The notes beneath the pieces were generated by a model. It searched no databases. It was not told where the DNA came from and was given only the letters and a program-made list of their open reading frames with translations. The position numbers and the translations under genes were made by a program. A stretch of DNA of 64,000 bases, taken from a virus. Lineage: Duplodnaviria; Caudoviricetes. Location: IMG/VR virus record IMGVR_UViG_3300031867_000015, positions 32,001-96,000 of that record. One strand, written 5' to 3'. Below are positions 9,011 through 17,821 of this stretch, one piece after another (position 1 is the stretch's first letter; each line of letters opens with the position of its first letter).

Positions 9011-9290
9011 AGTAATATGCTGTTCAAAACCACCAACCAAACAGCACTTGCGAACTCCATCTATCACATATCCGCAGTTCCTACAGTTCACTATCCTATC
9101 CGCATTTCAGCGAATCACATCATTGACCACTCCACTGACAAGTATAGTCAATTACCATTCCGAATTTCAATAGCCTTTGGCAAGAAGGTCTATCTACACC
9201 GTTACCTTTTTTGAAAGTAAATCTTTCACATCTTCTTATTTATTGGAGAGATGAAGTAGACACGGTTCTCTTAACACATAATTGTCCCAT

Positions 9291-9366
9291 TGGTTGTGGA
9301 TGTGAGATTTGAACTCACGTATGCAGGAGTCAAAGTCCTGTGCCTTCACCGCTTGGCGAATCCACA
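9291..9366 (-). tRNA. tRNA-Gln(TTG)
   Basis: TGTGGAT/ATCCACA, CAGGA-CTTTGAC-TCCTG, GTTCAAAT, ACCA. Confidence 0.92.
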
Positions 9367-9437
9367 TTATACATTTTACTCTTTGTACTATTTAATATAC
9401 AGAGATTAGGTTTTTTATTTCCCTCTCTCTGTATATT

Positions 9438-9466
9438 ATTATAGCACACTATTTCTTATTTGTCAA
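9438..9466 (-). promoter_or_regulatory. sigma-A promoter of the tRNA cluster
   Basis: TTGACA-N17-TATAAT. Confidence 0.8.
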
Positions 9467-9676
9467 GGGGTAAATTATATATTTTTTTCATTTAACTAAT
9501 TCTCTTATCTGATTCTGAACATTCTTTAATTCATTTTGAATTTTTACATCTGAGATAGAATTGATAATAGAATCAAGTTTGACAATAATATCATTTACAT
9601 TCTGAGAATTTGCGTACTTTACCTTGTTATTCAACACATTCTTAGTAAAGATACAATTTCCATTTTCTTTTCCTCC

Positions 9677-10021
9677 TTAATTTTTAATAAGACCAAGCTG
9701 AATCATAATACAAGCATCAACTCTGTTCATAGTCTCATCGTCTACCTTGCCTATATACTGACGAAGTATCGTTTTGTTGACTGTTTGTATTTGTTCTGCT
9801 AAAGCTGTGGATTCTTTGAGAAGTCCTCCACTTTTAATTGTTGTATGTATTGGTAATGTTTTTTTATTCTTTGAAGTCAATGGTATTACCTGTACCGTTG
9901 GTGCGTGTGCATTACCAATATCATTCTGAATAATTAATACTGGTCTGAGTCCACCTTGTACGGAACTGTGTTCGTCAAGGATGGGTAGCCTTGCCATATA
10001 AATACTACCTCTTGTAAGCAT
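9677..10021 (-). CDS. PemK/MazF family endoribonuclease toxin
   Basis: RGSIYMA...VQGGLRPVLIIQNDIGNAHAPTVQVIPLTS...EQIQTVNK. Confidence 0.9.
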   Translation of the reverse strand: MLTRGSIYMARLPILDEHSSVQGGLRPVLIIQNDIGNAHAPTVQVIPLTSKNKKTLPIHTTIKSGGLLKESTALAEQIQTVNKTILRQYIGKVDDETMNRVDACIMIQLGLIKN

Positions 10022-10043
10022 TTAATATCCTCCTTGTAATTAA

Positions 10044-10072
10044 ATTATAGAACAGATGTTCTTATTTGTCAA
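10044..10072 (-). promoter_or_regulatory. sigma-A promoter with LexA (SOS/Cheo) box in the spacer
   Basis: TTGACA(10072-67)-N17-TATAAT(10049-44); GAAC-AGAT-GTTC at 10050-10061. Confidence 0.75.
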
Positions 10073-10132
10073 TAGTAGATTGATGGAAATTATGTTATAA
10101 TTTAATGGTAATTATAATTATTCTGTGTTCAC

Positions 10133-10210
10133 TTAGTGTCGAGAACGTGAACGTAAATATTTTTCTCTTTCAATGTTATAATACTTTTTTATAACATCAT
10201 ATCCGAGATT
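10133..10210 (-). pseudogene. displaced, diverged copy of the recombinase 3' end (predicted TnpB guide region)
   Basis: translates NLGYDVIKKYYNIEREKYLRSRSRH*; the resident gene ends [22 protein letters not shown]. Confidence 0.8.
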
Positions 10211-10330
10211 GAACCATTTGTCTTGTAATAAGACTTCTTTCTTGCTTCAACGTCCTCGCAACCTACTAACTCCACAAGCGTAAATTCCGATAATTCCTAC
10301 CGTACTAATTGTTTATTAGACTGCTAATAA
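10209..10330 (-). ncRNA. TnpB omega-RNA scaffold / IS200-IS605 right end
   Basis: GTACGGTAGGAATTATCGGAATTTACGCTTGTGGAG...GAAGCAAGAA...GTCTT/AAGAC hairpin...GGTTCAA; typical of TnpB 3' ends. Confidence 0.7.
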
Positions 10331-11428
10331 TCCTTGTTTAAGAATATTCTTAGCCGCATTAATATCCCTATCATGTTTTGCACCGCACTCAGGACAAGTC
10401 CATTCTCTTACAGATAAATCCTTAGTCTCAGGATTTATACAACCACAACAACTACACGTTTGACTACTTGGACAAAACCTATCTATCTTTGAAATAGTCC
10501 TACCATACCAATCAGCTTTATACTGCAACATCCTTACAAACTCAGACCATGAACAATCTGATATGGACTTTGCAAGGCAATGATTTTTAACCATGCCTGA
10601 TACGTTCAAATCCTCTAAACAGATTACATCATATCTACGAATTAATTCAGTAGAGAGTTTTTGTAAGAAGTCTGTTCGCTGATTAGTTATCTTGTCCCAT
10701 GCTCTTGCTAATCTGATTCTTGCTTTGTCCCAATTGTTACTACCCTTTGACTTTCGGGATAGCTGTCTTTGTAACATAACAAGTTTCTTTTCTGATTTGG
10801 CAAGATACTTGGGACTTGATATTTTATCTCCATTTGATGTGATAGCAAAATCTTTAATACCGAGGTCAATGCCTACATTGCAATCAGTCCTTGTAAACGG
10901 TTCGTAGTTCTCTTGCTCTACTAAAACAGAACAATAATATTTACCACTTGGAGTTTGACTTATTGTAGCTGATTTGATTTTACCGTCAAACTTTCTGATT
11001 CCTCTTACTTTAACCCATTTGAGTTTAGGAAGTTTTATTTTGCGATTATCAAAATTAACTTCTATTGTAGGTCTGCCAATATAATTACAATTTGTTTTAT
11101 AAGACTTGCGATTATTTTTCTTAGACTTAAACTTCGGGAATCCTTTGTGTTCCCTAAAGAACTTTTGATATGCCGAATCGAGATTAATAACAGCATTATC
11201 TAAAGCAAATTTATCTACTTCTTTTAACCATTCGTACTCAGATTTGAGTGTGCGATTTTTGTAATTATTGACATCAATTTTAGACAAAGTTATTTCTTCT
11301 GTTTTGTACTTATTTATTTTATATGCTAAACATTGATTATACACAAATCGTACACATCCAAAAGTTTTCTGTATAAGTAACTCTTGTTCTTTATCTGGAT
11401 AAAGTCTGAATTTATAACCTTTTAACAT
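10316..11428 (-). CDS. tnpB: RNA-guided endonuclease TnpB (IS200/IS605)
   Basis: N-terminal [19 protein letters not shown]; Ruv[19 protein letters not shown]; Zn finger CSCC/CPEC; no tnpA nearby. Confidence 0.95.
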   Translation of the reverse strand: MLKGYKFRLYPDKEQELLIQKTFGCVRFVYNQCLAYKINKYKTEEITLSKIDVNNYKNRTLKSEYEWLKEVDKFALDNAVINLDSAYQKFFREHKGFPKFKSKKNNRKSYKTNCNYIGRPTIEVNFDNRKIKLPKLKWVKVRGIRKFDGKIKSATISQTPSGKYYCSVLVEQENYEPFTRTDCNVGIDLGIKDFAITSNGDKISSPKYLAKSEKKLVMLQRQLSRKSKGSNNWDKARIRLARAWDKITNQRTDFLQKLSTELIRRYDVICLEDLNVSGMVKNHCLAKSISDCSWSEFVRMLQYKADWYGRTISKIDRFCPSSQTCSCCGCINPETKDLSVREWTCPECGAKHDRDINAAKNILKQGLLAV

Positions 11429-12374
11429 ACTTTTCCTTTTCTACCTCAAAATATTTCTTTATAACATTAAGACCGAGATTCATATTCATATCTATATTCT
11501 TTTTAATACTTTCAAAATCCCCACAATAACGACTTGTTGTAACAAGATTGCTGTGGTTTAAATCCCAGTTCAAGAACTGCATAGCCGCTGTGTGAGCCTG
11601 TCCCATATCGCCATACATTTCTTGGAAAAGCTGTTCAACTTTATTGGAATATAATTTTCTCAATGAATGGGTAGCGTATCTTACTTTACCATCTGTGCAG
11701 TTTTCTCTACCTTTAAGCTGTATACCCAAATCATCTACTAACTTTTTTGACATAAGATTATAGATTCTTGAATAACTTAATGGGTCAAGAATTTTATTTC
11801 CGTTCTCATCAAGTTCATACTGGAAGTCACCATTAATTTTTAAAGGTTTACCAGTCTTAGGGTCTTTAAGTTTGCGATAGTTTTTATATCCACCGTCAGA
11901 AATAATGAGCCAATCAAGCGGAGAAAAATCACCACTCCATGTTACCATAAGTACACACATCTTTATAGCATCATTGATATACATAGTACGTGGCTTTCCT
12001 GTTTTCAATTCTGAGAATAAACAGCTTTCACGGAACTTGTTATGCTCATTTAAAAAATCTATCCTCTTGATTATTCTTGCATCGGAGCATCTTACTCCCC
12101 AGTTTGCCTGTGTTACAAAGAATAATGCATCTCTGAATCCTTTATAACCACCTTGTTTGAAACAGGTTTCAAGTACCTGATTAAACACTTCTTCTGGCAA
12201 AGAATCCATGCCTATCTTTTCAGCCCTACGTTTTTCAAGTTCTTTGATTCTCTGATAATCTCCGTCCTGTATGTTTACATCGGGAACAAGGTCATCGAAA
12301 TCAATATCATCATTACCTAATCGGTCTGATATGTCAATTACCTGACATTCGTTTTCTTTTAATTTATGTATCAT
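11412..12374 (-). CDS. tyrosine recombinase/integrase
   Basis: GVRCSD (R), ELKTGK (K), HSLR, LNHS...TTSRY (H, Y). Confidence 0.88.
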   Translation of the reverse strand: MIHKLKENECQVIDISDRLGNDDIDFDDLVPDVNIQDGDYQRIKELEKRRAEKIGMDSLPEEVFNQVLETCFKQGGYKGFRDALFFVTQANWGVRCSDARIIKRIDFLNEHNKFRESCLFSELKTGKPRTMYINDAIKMCVLMVTWSGDFSPLDWLIISDGGYKNYRKLKDPKTGKPLKINGDFQYELDENGNKILDPLSYSRIYNLMSKKLVDDLGIQLKGRENCTDGKVRYATHSLRKLYSNKVEQLFQEMYGDMGQAHTAAMQFLNWDLNHSNLVTTSRYCGDFESIKKNIDMNMNLGLNVIKKYFEVEKEKYVKRL

Positions 12375-12390
12375 ATTATCCTCCTGTCTA

Positions 12391-12481
12391 TTGACTTTAT
12401 GGGTTATTCGTGTTATAATAAAAACGATAAAACTTATCGTTTCTATGTTTAGATTATATCATAGAACACGATAATTGTCAA
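12391..12481. promoter_or_regulatory. face-to-face sigma-A promoters with a central palindrome
   Basis: + TTGACT-N17-TATAAT at 12391-12419; - TTGACA-N17-TATAAT at 12481-12453; AAACGATAA-AAC-TTATCGTTT between them. Confidence 0.6.
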
Positions 12482-12552
12482 GTGTTTATAGACATAAATT
12501 TTATCATGTTCTATGATATGTATTTGTTTATTTTCTACAAAGGGGTGATTGT

Positions 12553-12768
12553 ATGCCGAGAAGTGAAGCACAGAAAAGAGCAGACAAAAAATACATTGCT
12601 AAAACGTATAAGCGTTATGCTATTAATACAAGACTTGAATACGTTCCGACAATCGAAAAGTATATGAGTGAACACAACTTTACATCTTCATCATCTTTCT
12701 TTAATACCGCTGTCAAATATATTATTGAAAATAATATAGATATAAGTGGGATAAAAGAAAAAGAATAA
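12553..12768 (+). CDS. small ribbon-helix-helix/Arc-like DNA-binding protein
   Basis: MPRSEAQKRADKKY..KTYKRYAIN pattern; only clear + strand gene in the left arm. Confidence 0.65.
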   Translation: MPRSEAQKRADKKYIAKTYKRYAINTRLEYVPTIEKYMSEHNFTSSSSFFNTAVKYIIENNIDISGIKEKE

Positions 12769-12776
12769 TTGTCTTA

Positions 12777-12812
12777 CCCTCAGTCAAATGACTGAGGGAT
12801 TTATTTTTTTTT
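12777..12812. terminator. intrinsic terminator between convergent genes
   Basis: CCCTCAGTCA-AA-TGACTGAGGG plus T-tract. Confidence 0.8.
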
Positions 12813-13359
12813 AATACGAATCTTCCATATCACACAGTATATCACTCTGAGTTATAGGCTTATCCCAAATAGTTTCATTGATAGATATTACGAACTTTGC
12901 CGTTTCTGGATAGCTGTCTCTTGAACATTCGATGAAATGATATACGTCCTCAATGTTATATGCTTCATAGTTCATGGGCTTTATTTCCGTCCCCACTTCT
13001 CCCTTTGGAATACAGTACGCATTAAATGTCAATGTCACAACTGGCATCTGCTTTTCGTGTGAACTGTTATAAGCGTATCGTGTAAGGATATTACTTGCAT
13101 CTACGGCAGTAACCATTCCATCATAATTTGTGTCTGCAAGCCAACGCTGTGTTGATGTGAACGAGCGTTCATTCCCAACTGAAATACTCGCATATTCAGT
13201 AAGTACCATTGAAGCATCAATACCATCCACTCTACCATCAAGATTAACGTCATATCGGAGTGTCCCCATATCATGCTGTCTTGCGTGTGTGGTCATTGGT
13301 GTTGCCATACCTATTGCAAGCATGGCTGATAAAATCATTGTTGTTTTTTTCATAATCAT
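12811..13359 (-). CDS. secreted dockerin-domain protein
   Basis: signal peptide; two repeats DVNLDGRVDGIDASMVL and DTNYDGMVTAVDASNIL. Confidence 0.85.
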   Translation of the reverse strand: MIMKKTTMILSAMLAIGMATPMTTHARQHDMGTLRYDVNLDGRVDGIDASMVLTEYASISVGNERSFTSTQRWLADTNYDGMVTAVDASNILTRYAYNSSHEKQMPVVTLTFNAYCIPKGEVGTEIKPMNYEAYNIEDVYHFIECSRDSYPETAKFVISINETIWDKPITQSDILCDMEDSY

Positions 13360-13381
13360 TTCTCCTTTAATTAATATTGTT

Positions 13382-15175
13382 TTAAGCGTTAATGCTTAGT
13401 AAAGCCTGTGTGTTGTTTATTCCACCAAGATAATACTTTCTATTACCTATTATTTTGTCATACTCTCTTTCGCCTGAGAAACTATCAACAACTTTCTTTT
13501 CTTCCTCATTCATCTGCTTGTATGTCTTTGTACCAAAATCAAAGGGTAGCCATCCACGATTCTTTCCTACATAGATATTATATTTCTGAATTAGTTCTGG
13601 ACAGTTGAAAGTTATATGAACACTACCCTTTAAGTACAGATTGATGGTAAAGTATTTAAGAGGAATGTTCTTTGTAACTCCCTTGTCTACGTACTCCTTC
13701 ACTGTACTGTAAATATCTACGTCAGCGGTCATGTTTCCATCAAAGTAATTGAGAATACGCTCTATGTCGGAAAGTCTTTCATTTAACTTGTATAAATCCA
13801 AGTGACCAAAGATTGAATCATAAAGACCATAGAACGGCATAATAACCTTCTTGCCAATCTTGTGACCAATGTTAGTTTTCCATGCGTTATAAAGGTATTT
13901 AGAGTTATCTGAACAAGCATAATCAACAGTCATTTTATCAAACATCTTTTCAATCTCATTCTCAATGCCTGTTTTTACCTTGCTTTTCATTTCCACAAGT
14001 AGATTCTTGATATTAAATTCGGAGAAGTCATACTCTGAAAATGTCTCTACTTTCGCCCTGTACTGTTCCTGTAACTTAGTTGTGAGGTTTCCAGTGAACT
14101 TTGGATTTGAAAACAGTGCCCTCCAATACTTGTAACGGACTGCCTTGACATATTTATTAATGGTCATCTTATCTTTTCCATAGCCATCTGTAAGCTGTAT
14201 AATGGGTGTGGGGTATCTATCTTCTGTATCAAAAGAACTTGAAAGATAAGGTTTCATTCGTTCAAAAGAATTAATAAGTTCAATTCCTGATTTGATTTCC
14301 ACATTGTATTTATTAACAACTGACTTTAAATAATCTGTAACATCAAGTGCAGTTATTTCTTCTGCCGTAGGTTCTTCGTAGTGTTCTTCCTTTTTGAGTT
14401 TATCGAATATAGAATCATCATTATCATTAACACTCATAGGAATGTTTACATAAACCATAGCAACTTCTACATCTGTCTGACGTTCTGCGTTATTAAATTC
14501 TCCGCTATAATATTCTATATTTGCATTATACTCATTCAGTATCTTGATAAGTTCTTTGCGTGTCTCTGTGTAGGGATTTCTGATAGTCTCCGCATTAAGT
14601 AAGCACACTATCTGTCCTCCATACTTCTGAATTTCCAATGCCTTTAACAAATGCTTATCTCCATTACTGAATGGTGGATTCATAATGATAACATTGTACT
14701 GCTTGTATGCTGTAAAGGTAAGAAAATCATCATGAACAAGATGCACGTTTTTTCCCTTTACTTCTTTACGTTCTGTGTCAATCGCTCTCAGTCTTGAATT
14801 GTCTGGTTCTGGAACAGGAACATACTGTCTAAGTTCTTGATTATAATACTTATAATTTTCACTCCATGAATCAAAGTCATTGTACTGCTTTGTTATCTTC
14901 TTCTTTTCGTCAAGCAGTCTATTAGAATTTTCCTCAGAAAAAGTATACAGAAATATCTGTCTCAGATTGTTGTCAATCTCTATGCAGTCTATATCAAGCT
15001 TTCCATCAGTTTTGCGATTAAGGTATCTTACTATATCTCCCTTGCCTACTGATGGTTCAAGAACCGTATTAACATAATTCCAATTCACCTTTGAATACAT
15101 CATCTGAATAAGATTCTCAGGTGTAGGATAGAACTCTGATGTATTTTTATCCTCTACATAATTAACTATCTGCAT
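13382..15175 (-). CDS. DNA amino-methyltransferase with DUF4942-like C-terminus
   Basis: FYPTP, VLEPSVGKG (motif I), IIMNPPF (motif IV), C-terminal YLKGSVHITF. Confidence 0.85.
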   Translation of the reverse strand: MQIVNYVEDKNTSEFYPTPENLIQMMYSKVNWNYVNTVLEPSVGKGDIVRYLNRKTDGKLDIDCIEIDNNLRQIFLYTFSEENSNRLLDEKKKITKQYNDFDSWSENYKYYNQELRQYVPVPEPDNSRLRAIDTERKEVKGKNVHLVHDDFLTFTAYKQYNVIIMNPPFSNGDKHLLKALEIQKYGGQIVCLLNAETIRNPYTETRKELIKILNEYNANIEYYSGEFNNAERQTDVEVAMVYVNIPMSVNDNDDSIFDKLKKEEHYEEPTAEEITALDVTDYLKSVVNKYNVEIKSGIELINSFERMKPYLSSSFDTEDRYPTPIIQLTDGYGKDKMTINKYVKAVRYKYWRALFSNPKFTGNLTTKLQEQYRAKVETFSEYDFSEFNIKNLLVEMKSKVKTGIENEIEKMFDKMTVDYACSDNSKYLYNAWKTNIGHKIGKKVIMPFYGLYDSIFGHLDLYKLNERLSDIERILNYFDGNMTADVDIYSTVKEYVDKGVTKNIPLKYFTINLYLKGSVHITFNCPELIQKYNIYVGKNRGWLPFDFGTKTYKQMNEEEKKVVDSFSGEREYDKIIGNRKYYLGGINNTQALLSINA

Positions 15176-15196
15176 TATACAATTTCCTCCGTTTAA

Positions 15197-15427
15197 TTAA
15201 GATTTGATTTCTGCAAAACCTACTCTTGTAAGTTCTTCTATCATCTTTTCAATATCAGATTTGCGTATTAATTCATACACATATGGTCTATCTATATCAC
15301 AAAAGGGAGTAATGGATTTTGCGTATGTCTTTCCGGTGTAGTCTACGCTTAACCACACGTTATTTGCACATCCATCCCATTTCTTTTGAAGATATACATA
15401 CTTTACAATCATTGCAATACACCTCAC
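15197..15427 (-). CDS. hypothetical protein, paralog of 17581..17790
   Basis: YVYLQKK..GC..NVWL.VDY..KTY shared. Confidence 0.7.
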   Translation of the reverse strand: MRCIAMIVKYVYLQKKWDGCANNVWLSVDYTGKTYAKSITPFCDIDRPYVYELIRKSDIEKMIEELTRVGFAEIKS

Positions 15428-15948
15428 TCAATTGGAATTTCTGTCATATGTTTGTCGCTTTCAAATCCTTGTAACATAACAGGCATTATAAGCCATGCGA
15501 AGCCATTACCTTGCATTAATAATCTTTTTCCCTTATGTGGCACAAATAATATATTTGATTTTGTTGTTTCCATAGCATCTATAAGGAACTTTGGATTAAT
15601 ACCTATCCATATCCTATCTGTTGTTGTTCCTAACTTAAACGGAACTCTCAGTCCTTTGTGAATCTTTTTAGTTTCCTTTACCCATGCTTTTATCTGCTCT
15701 ATAGTGTAGGGAATTTCCAATGAATCATAATCAATTTCGTTTGCTTGTTCGTACTCTCTCTTACAATTGTATTGATTTTCGCCTTCCTCAAAAACAGGAG
15801 CGTCTGCTATTGCGTTCTCAACTCCAAATTGTACTACTCTGAATCCGTCTGTAGCATAATAGAATCCGTCCTTGAATACCAACTTCTTTGTCTGCTCATG
15901 TTTTGGATTGATAACCTTATTAATTATCTTTTCAAATTTCTTTAACAT
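15424..15948 (-). CDS. truncated DNA polymerase III beta-clamp-like protein
   Basis: YYATDGFRVV, IGINPKFLIDAM, WLIMPV resemble DnaN motifs. Confidence 0.55.
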   Translation of the reverse strand: MLKKFEKIINKVINPKHEQTKKLVFKDGFYYATDGFRVVQFGVENAIADAPVFEEGENQYNCKREYEQANEIDYDSLEIPYTIEQIKAWVKETKKIHKGLRVPFKLGTTTDRIWIGINPKFLIDAMETTKSNILFVPHKGKRLLMQGNGFAWLIMPVMLQGFESDKHMTEIPIE

Positions 15949-16235
15949 CAGATATTCTCCTTCCAATTTACATCCATAACAATTACGGTATTGTAATCGT
16001 CTTTTCCCTTAGTGGACTGTGCGTAAGCTATTCCCTTGCTCTTTAGCCATATACAAGCGGCTCTGACATTGCTTGCGGCATTTCTATCCCCTCGCAATTC
16101 CTCTGCAAAGGTATAGTAACTGCCAACGTATTCTCCATTATTGTTTATTAAATACTCCACAATATCAAGGGCAAGTATATGTCCCTTAAAAAGTCTTGTG
16201 AACCTGATTGTCCAGTTTATATCCTGTGTAGTCAT
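15948..16235 (-). CDS. hypothetical protein (possible winged helix)
   Basis: AAGGAGGA RBS. Confidence 0.65.
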   Translation of the reverse strand: MTTQDINWTIRFTRLFKGHILALDIVEYLINNNGEYVGSYYTFAEELRGDRNAASNVRAACIWLKSKGIAYAQSTKGKDDYNTVIVMDVNWKENI

Positions 16236-16381
16236 ACTTAATCCTCCTTTAAGATATTAGTAAAGTTCTGTTATTCTTATAAACAGTGGAATAAATCCAA
16301 GAAACCACAGTGATTCAATTTTCTTAGGGTTATACATTATGCTATTATATTCCTTAATCCTAACTCTCCATACGAACATAC

Positions 16382-16774
16382 TTAATCCTCCTTTATATTC
16401 TTTGTAAACATATCCATGAGATAATGATATGTTTTTTCTGAACCATAACCTGTAAGAAGTTTATCAATCTCGTTTATCCATTCATAGTTGAAGTCCTCAT
16501 CATCAGGCATATAACTCCATGAATCCTCTGTTATCTTTTTGAATGTTTCTGCGTTGTCCTCTATGAATTTATTCCAGTCAGCGATACATTCGTAATCGCT
16601 TGTTTCCTCAATAACATCAACGTGTTTCAGAATAAAATTGCAGAACTTGTCATACCATTCCATTCTATTTTCTTCTACCTCATACGGAACACATACCGTT
16701 ACACATATATCATATACGGTATCGTATGTATCATAGTCATTATCCTTTTCCTTTAACCAATCATAAAGATTCAT
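16382..16774 (-). CDS. acidic hypothetical protein
   Basis: AAGGAGGA RBS. Confidence 0.75.
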   Translation of the reverse strand: MNLYDWLKEKDNDYDTYDTVYDICVTVCVPYEVEENRMEWYDKFCNFILKHVDVIEETSDYECIADWNKFIEDNAETFKKITEDSWSYMPDDEDFNYEWINEIDKLLTGYGSEKTYHYLMDMFTKNIKED

Positions 16775-16936
16775 TTACTTTTCCTCCTTGTTTCTTTCGA
16801 TTATCCGCTTCATTTCTTCTTCGTTTATCCAATTCAGAAGATAACTCTGAATAAAATATATTTTTTGTTCATCTTTAAACTGTGTATTTAAAATTCCTTT
16901 GATGATTCCTATATTTTTGTTAGCCATAATCTTACC

Positions 16937-17131
16937 TCACTTTGCCATATCATATATTCTCTGCGGAACTTTGTAGATATAACTGCCACACTGTACAAGC
17001 AGAGCATCTTTTCCGTAGTATTTTTCTTTCATTCCTTTGATACTTCCTGACTTATGAAAGTTGGGATAGTTTTCTATATGAAGTCTTTCTCCCCTTGCGA
17101 CTGTTAGATATTTTACTCTTGCCATAATCAT
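16937..17131 (-). CDS. small phage hypothetical protein
   Basis: GGAGG RBS; NYPNFHKSGSIKGMKEKYYG. Confidence 0.75.
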   Translation of the reverse strand: MIMARVKYLTVARGERLHIENYPNFHKSGSIKGMKEKYYGKDALLVQCGSYIYKVPQRIYDMAK

Positions 17132-17140
17132 TCTACCTCC

Positions 17141-17344
17141 TTACTTTATAACATTCAGATTAAATTGCCTATCGCATACAGTCCAGTCATAAACTCTTGC
17201 ATTTTTCCATTCTTCGTGAAGCCCATCCTCTTGTTTAATCTGATTGGCTGTCATGTCAATTTCTACATTTTCGTTGACTTCATACAGATTAACATTAAAT
17301 TTCATTAGGCTATCAAAATTTTCAAAAAATTCCTTTACTGTCAT
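17141..17344 (-). CDS. hypothetical protein
   Basis: AAGGAGG RBS. Confidence 0.7.
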   Translation of the reverse strand: MTVKEFFENFDSLMKFNVNLYEVNENVEIDMTANQIKQEDGLHEEWKNARVYDWTVCDRQFNLNVIK

Positions 17345-17366
17345 AGTATTTCCTCCTTTTAATTGT

Positions 17367-17552
17367 TCACCAAAATATCACCGTTTCACCTGTCTTACGT
17401 TCTATATAATCTATTATTTCATCTATAACAGATTGTTTAGCTTCAATGATGGGTCTTGTTACTTCATTGCTATTAATAAGGTCATTACTTAAATCCACAT
17501 GAAATGCATTTAAGTAATCAAGTATGCAGTTTAATTTCTCACGGTCAGTCAT
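17367..17552 (-). CDS. hypothetical protein
   Basis: AAGGAGG RBS before MTDREK. Confidence 0.65.
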   Translation of the reverse strand: MTDREKLNCILDYLNAFHVDLSNDLINSNEVTRPIIEAKQSVIDEIIDYIERKTGETVIFW

Positions 17553-17580
17553 AAGCTTCCTCCTTGATAGAATCACTCTT

Positions 17581-17790
17581 TTATTCTTCCGTAAAGCCAT
17601 TTTTTACAAGCTGGTTTATCATATCATCAATATCACTTTGTCTCACAAGTTCATACACTCCTGATACTGTATTAGAAAATGGTGTGACCAACTTATTATA
17701 AGTCTTTTTCTCATAGTCAACTGTCAACCATACGTTTCTGACACAGCCCTCGCATTTCTTCTTTTGAAGATAAACATAACTTAATCTCAT
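17581..17790 (-). CDS. hypothetical protein, paralog of 15197..15427
   Basis: AGGAGG RBS before MRLSY. Confidence 0.7.
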   Translation of the reverse strand: MRLSYVYLQKKKCEGCVRNVWLTVDYEKKTYNKLVTPFSNTVSGVYELVRQSDIDDMINQLVKNGFTEE

Positions 17791-17821
17791 AATTTTCCCT
17801 CCTGTTAAAATACACTTTTCA

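Noticed and set aside
10316-11428. Nuclease-dead TldR repressor or Cas12 of a CRISPR locus
   Set aside because: All three RuvC acidic residues are present, and there is no CRISPR array or cas gene nearby.
10209-11480. Ordinary autonomous IS200/IS605 insertion with target-site duplication
   Set aside because: There is no tnpA, these elements do not make TSDs, and the two copies differ codon-wise rather than being an exact duplication.
12374-12553. attP/attL/attR prophage boundary
   Set aside because: Phage-type genes continue on both sides of the recombinase; no host genes or core duplication were identified.
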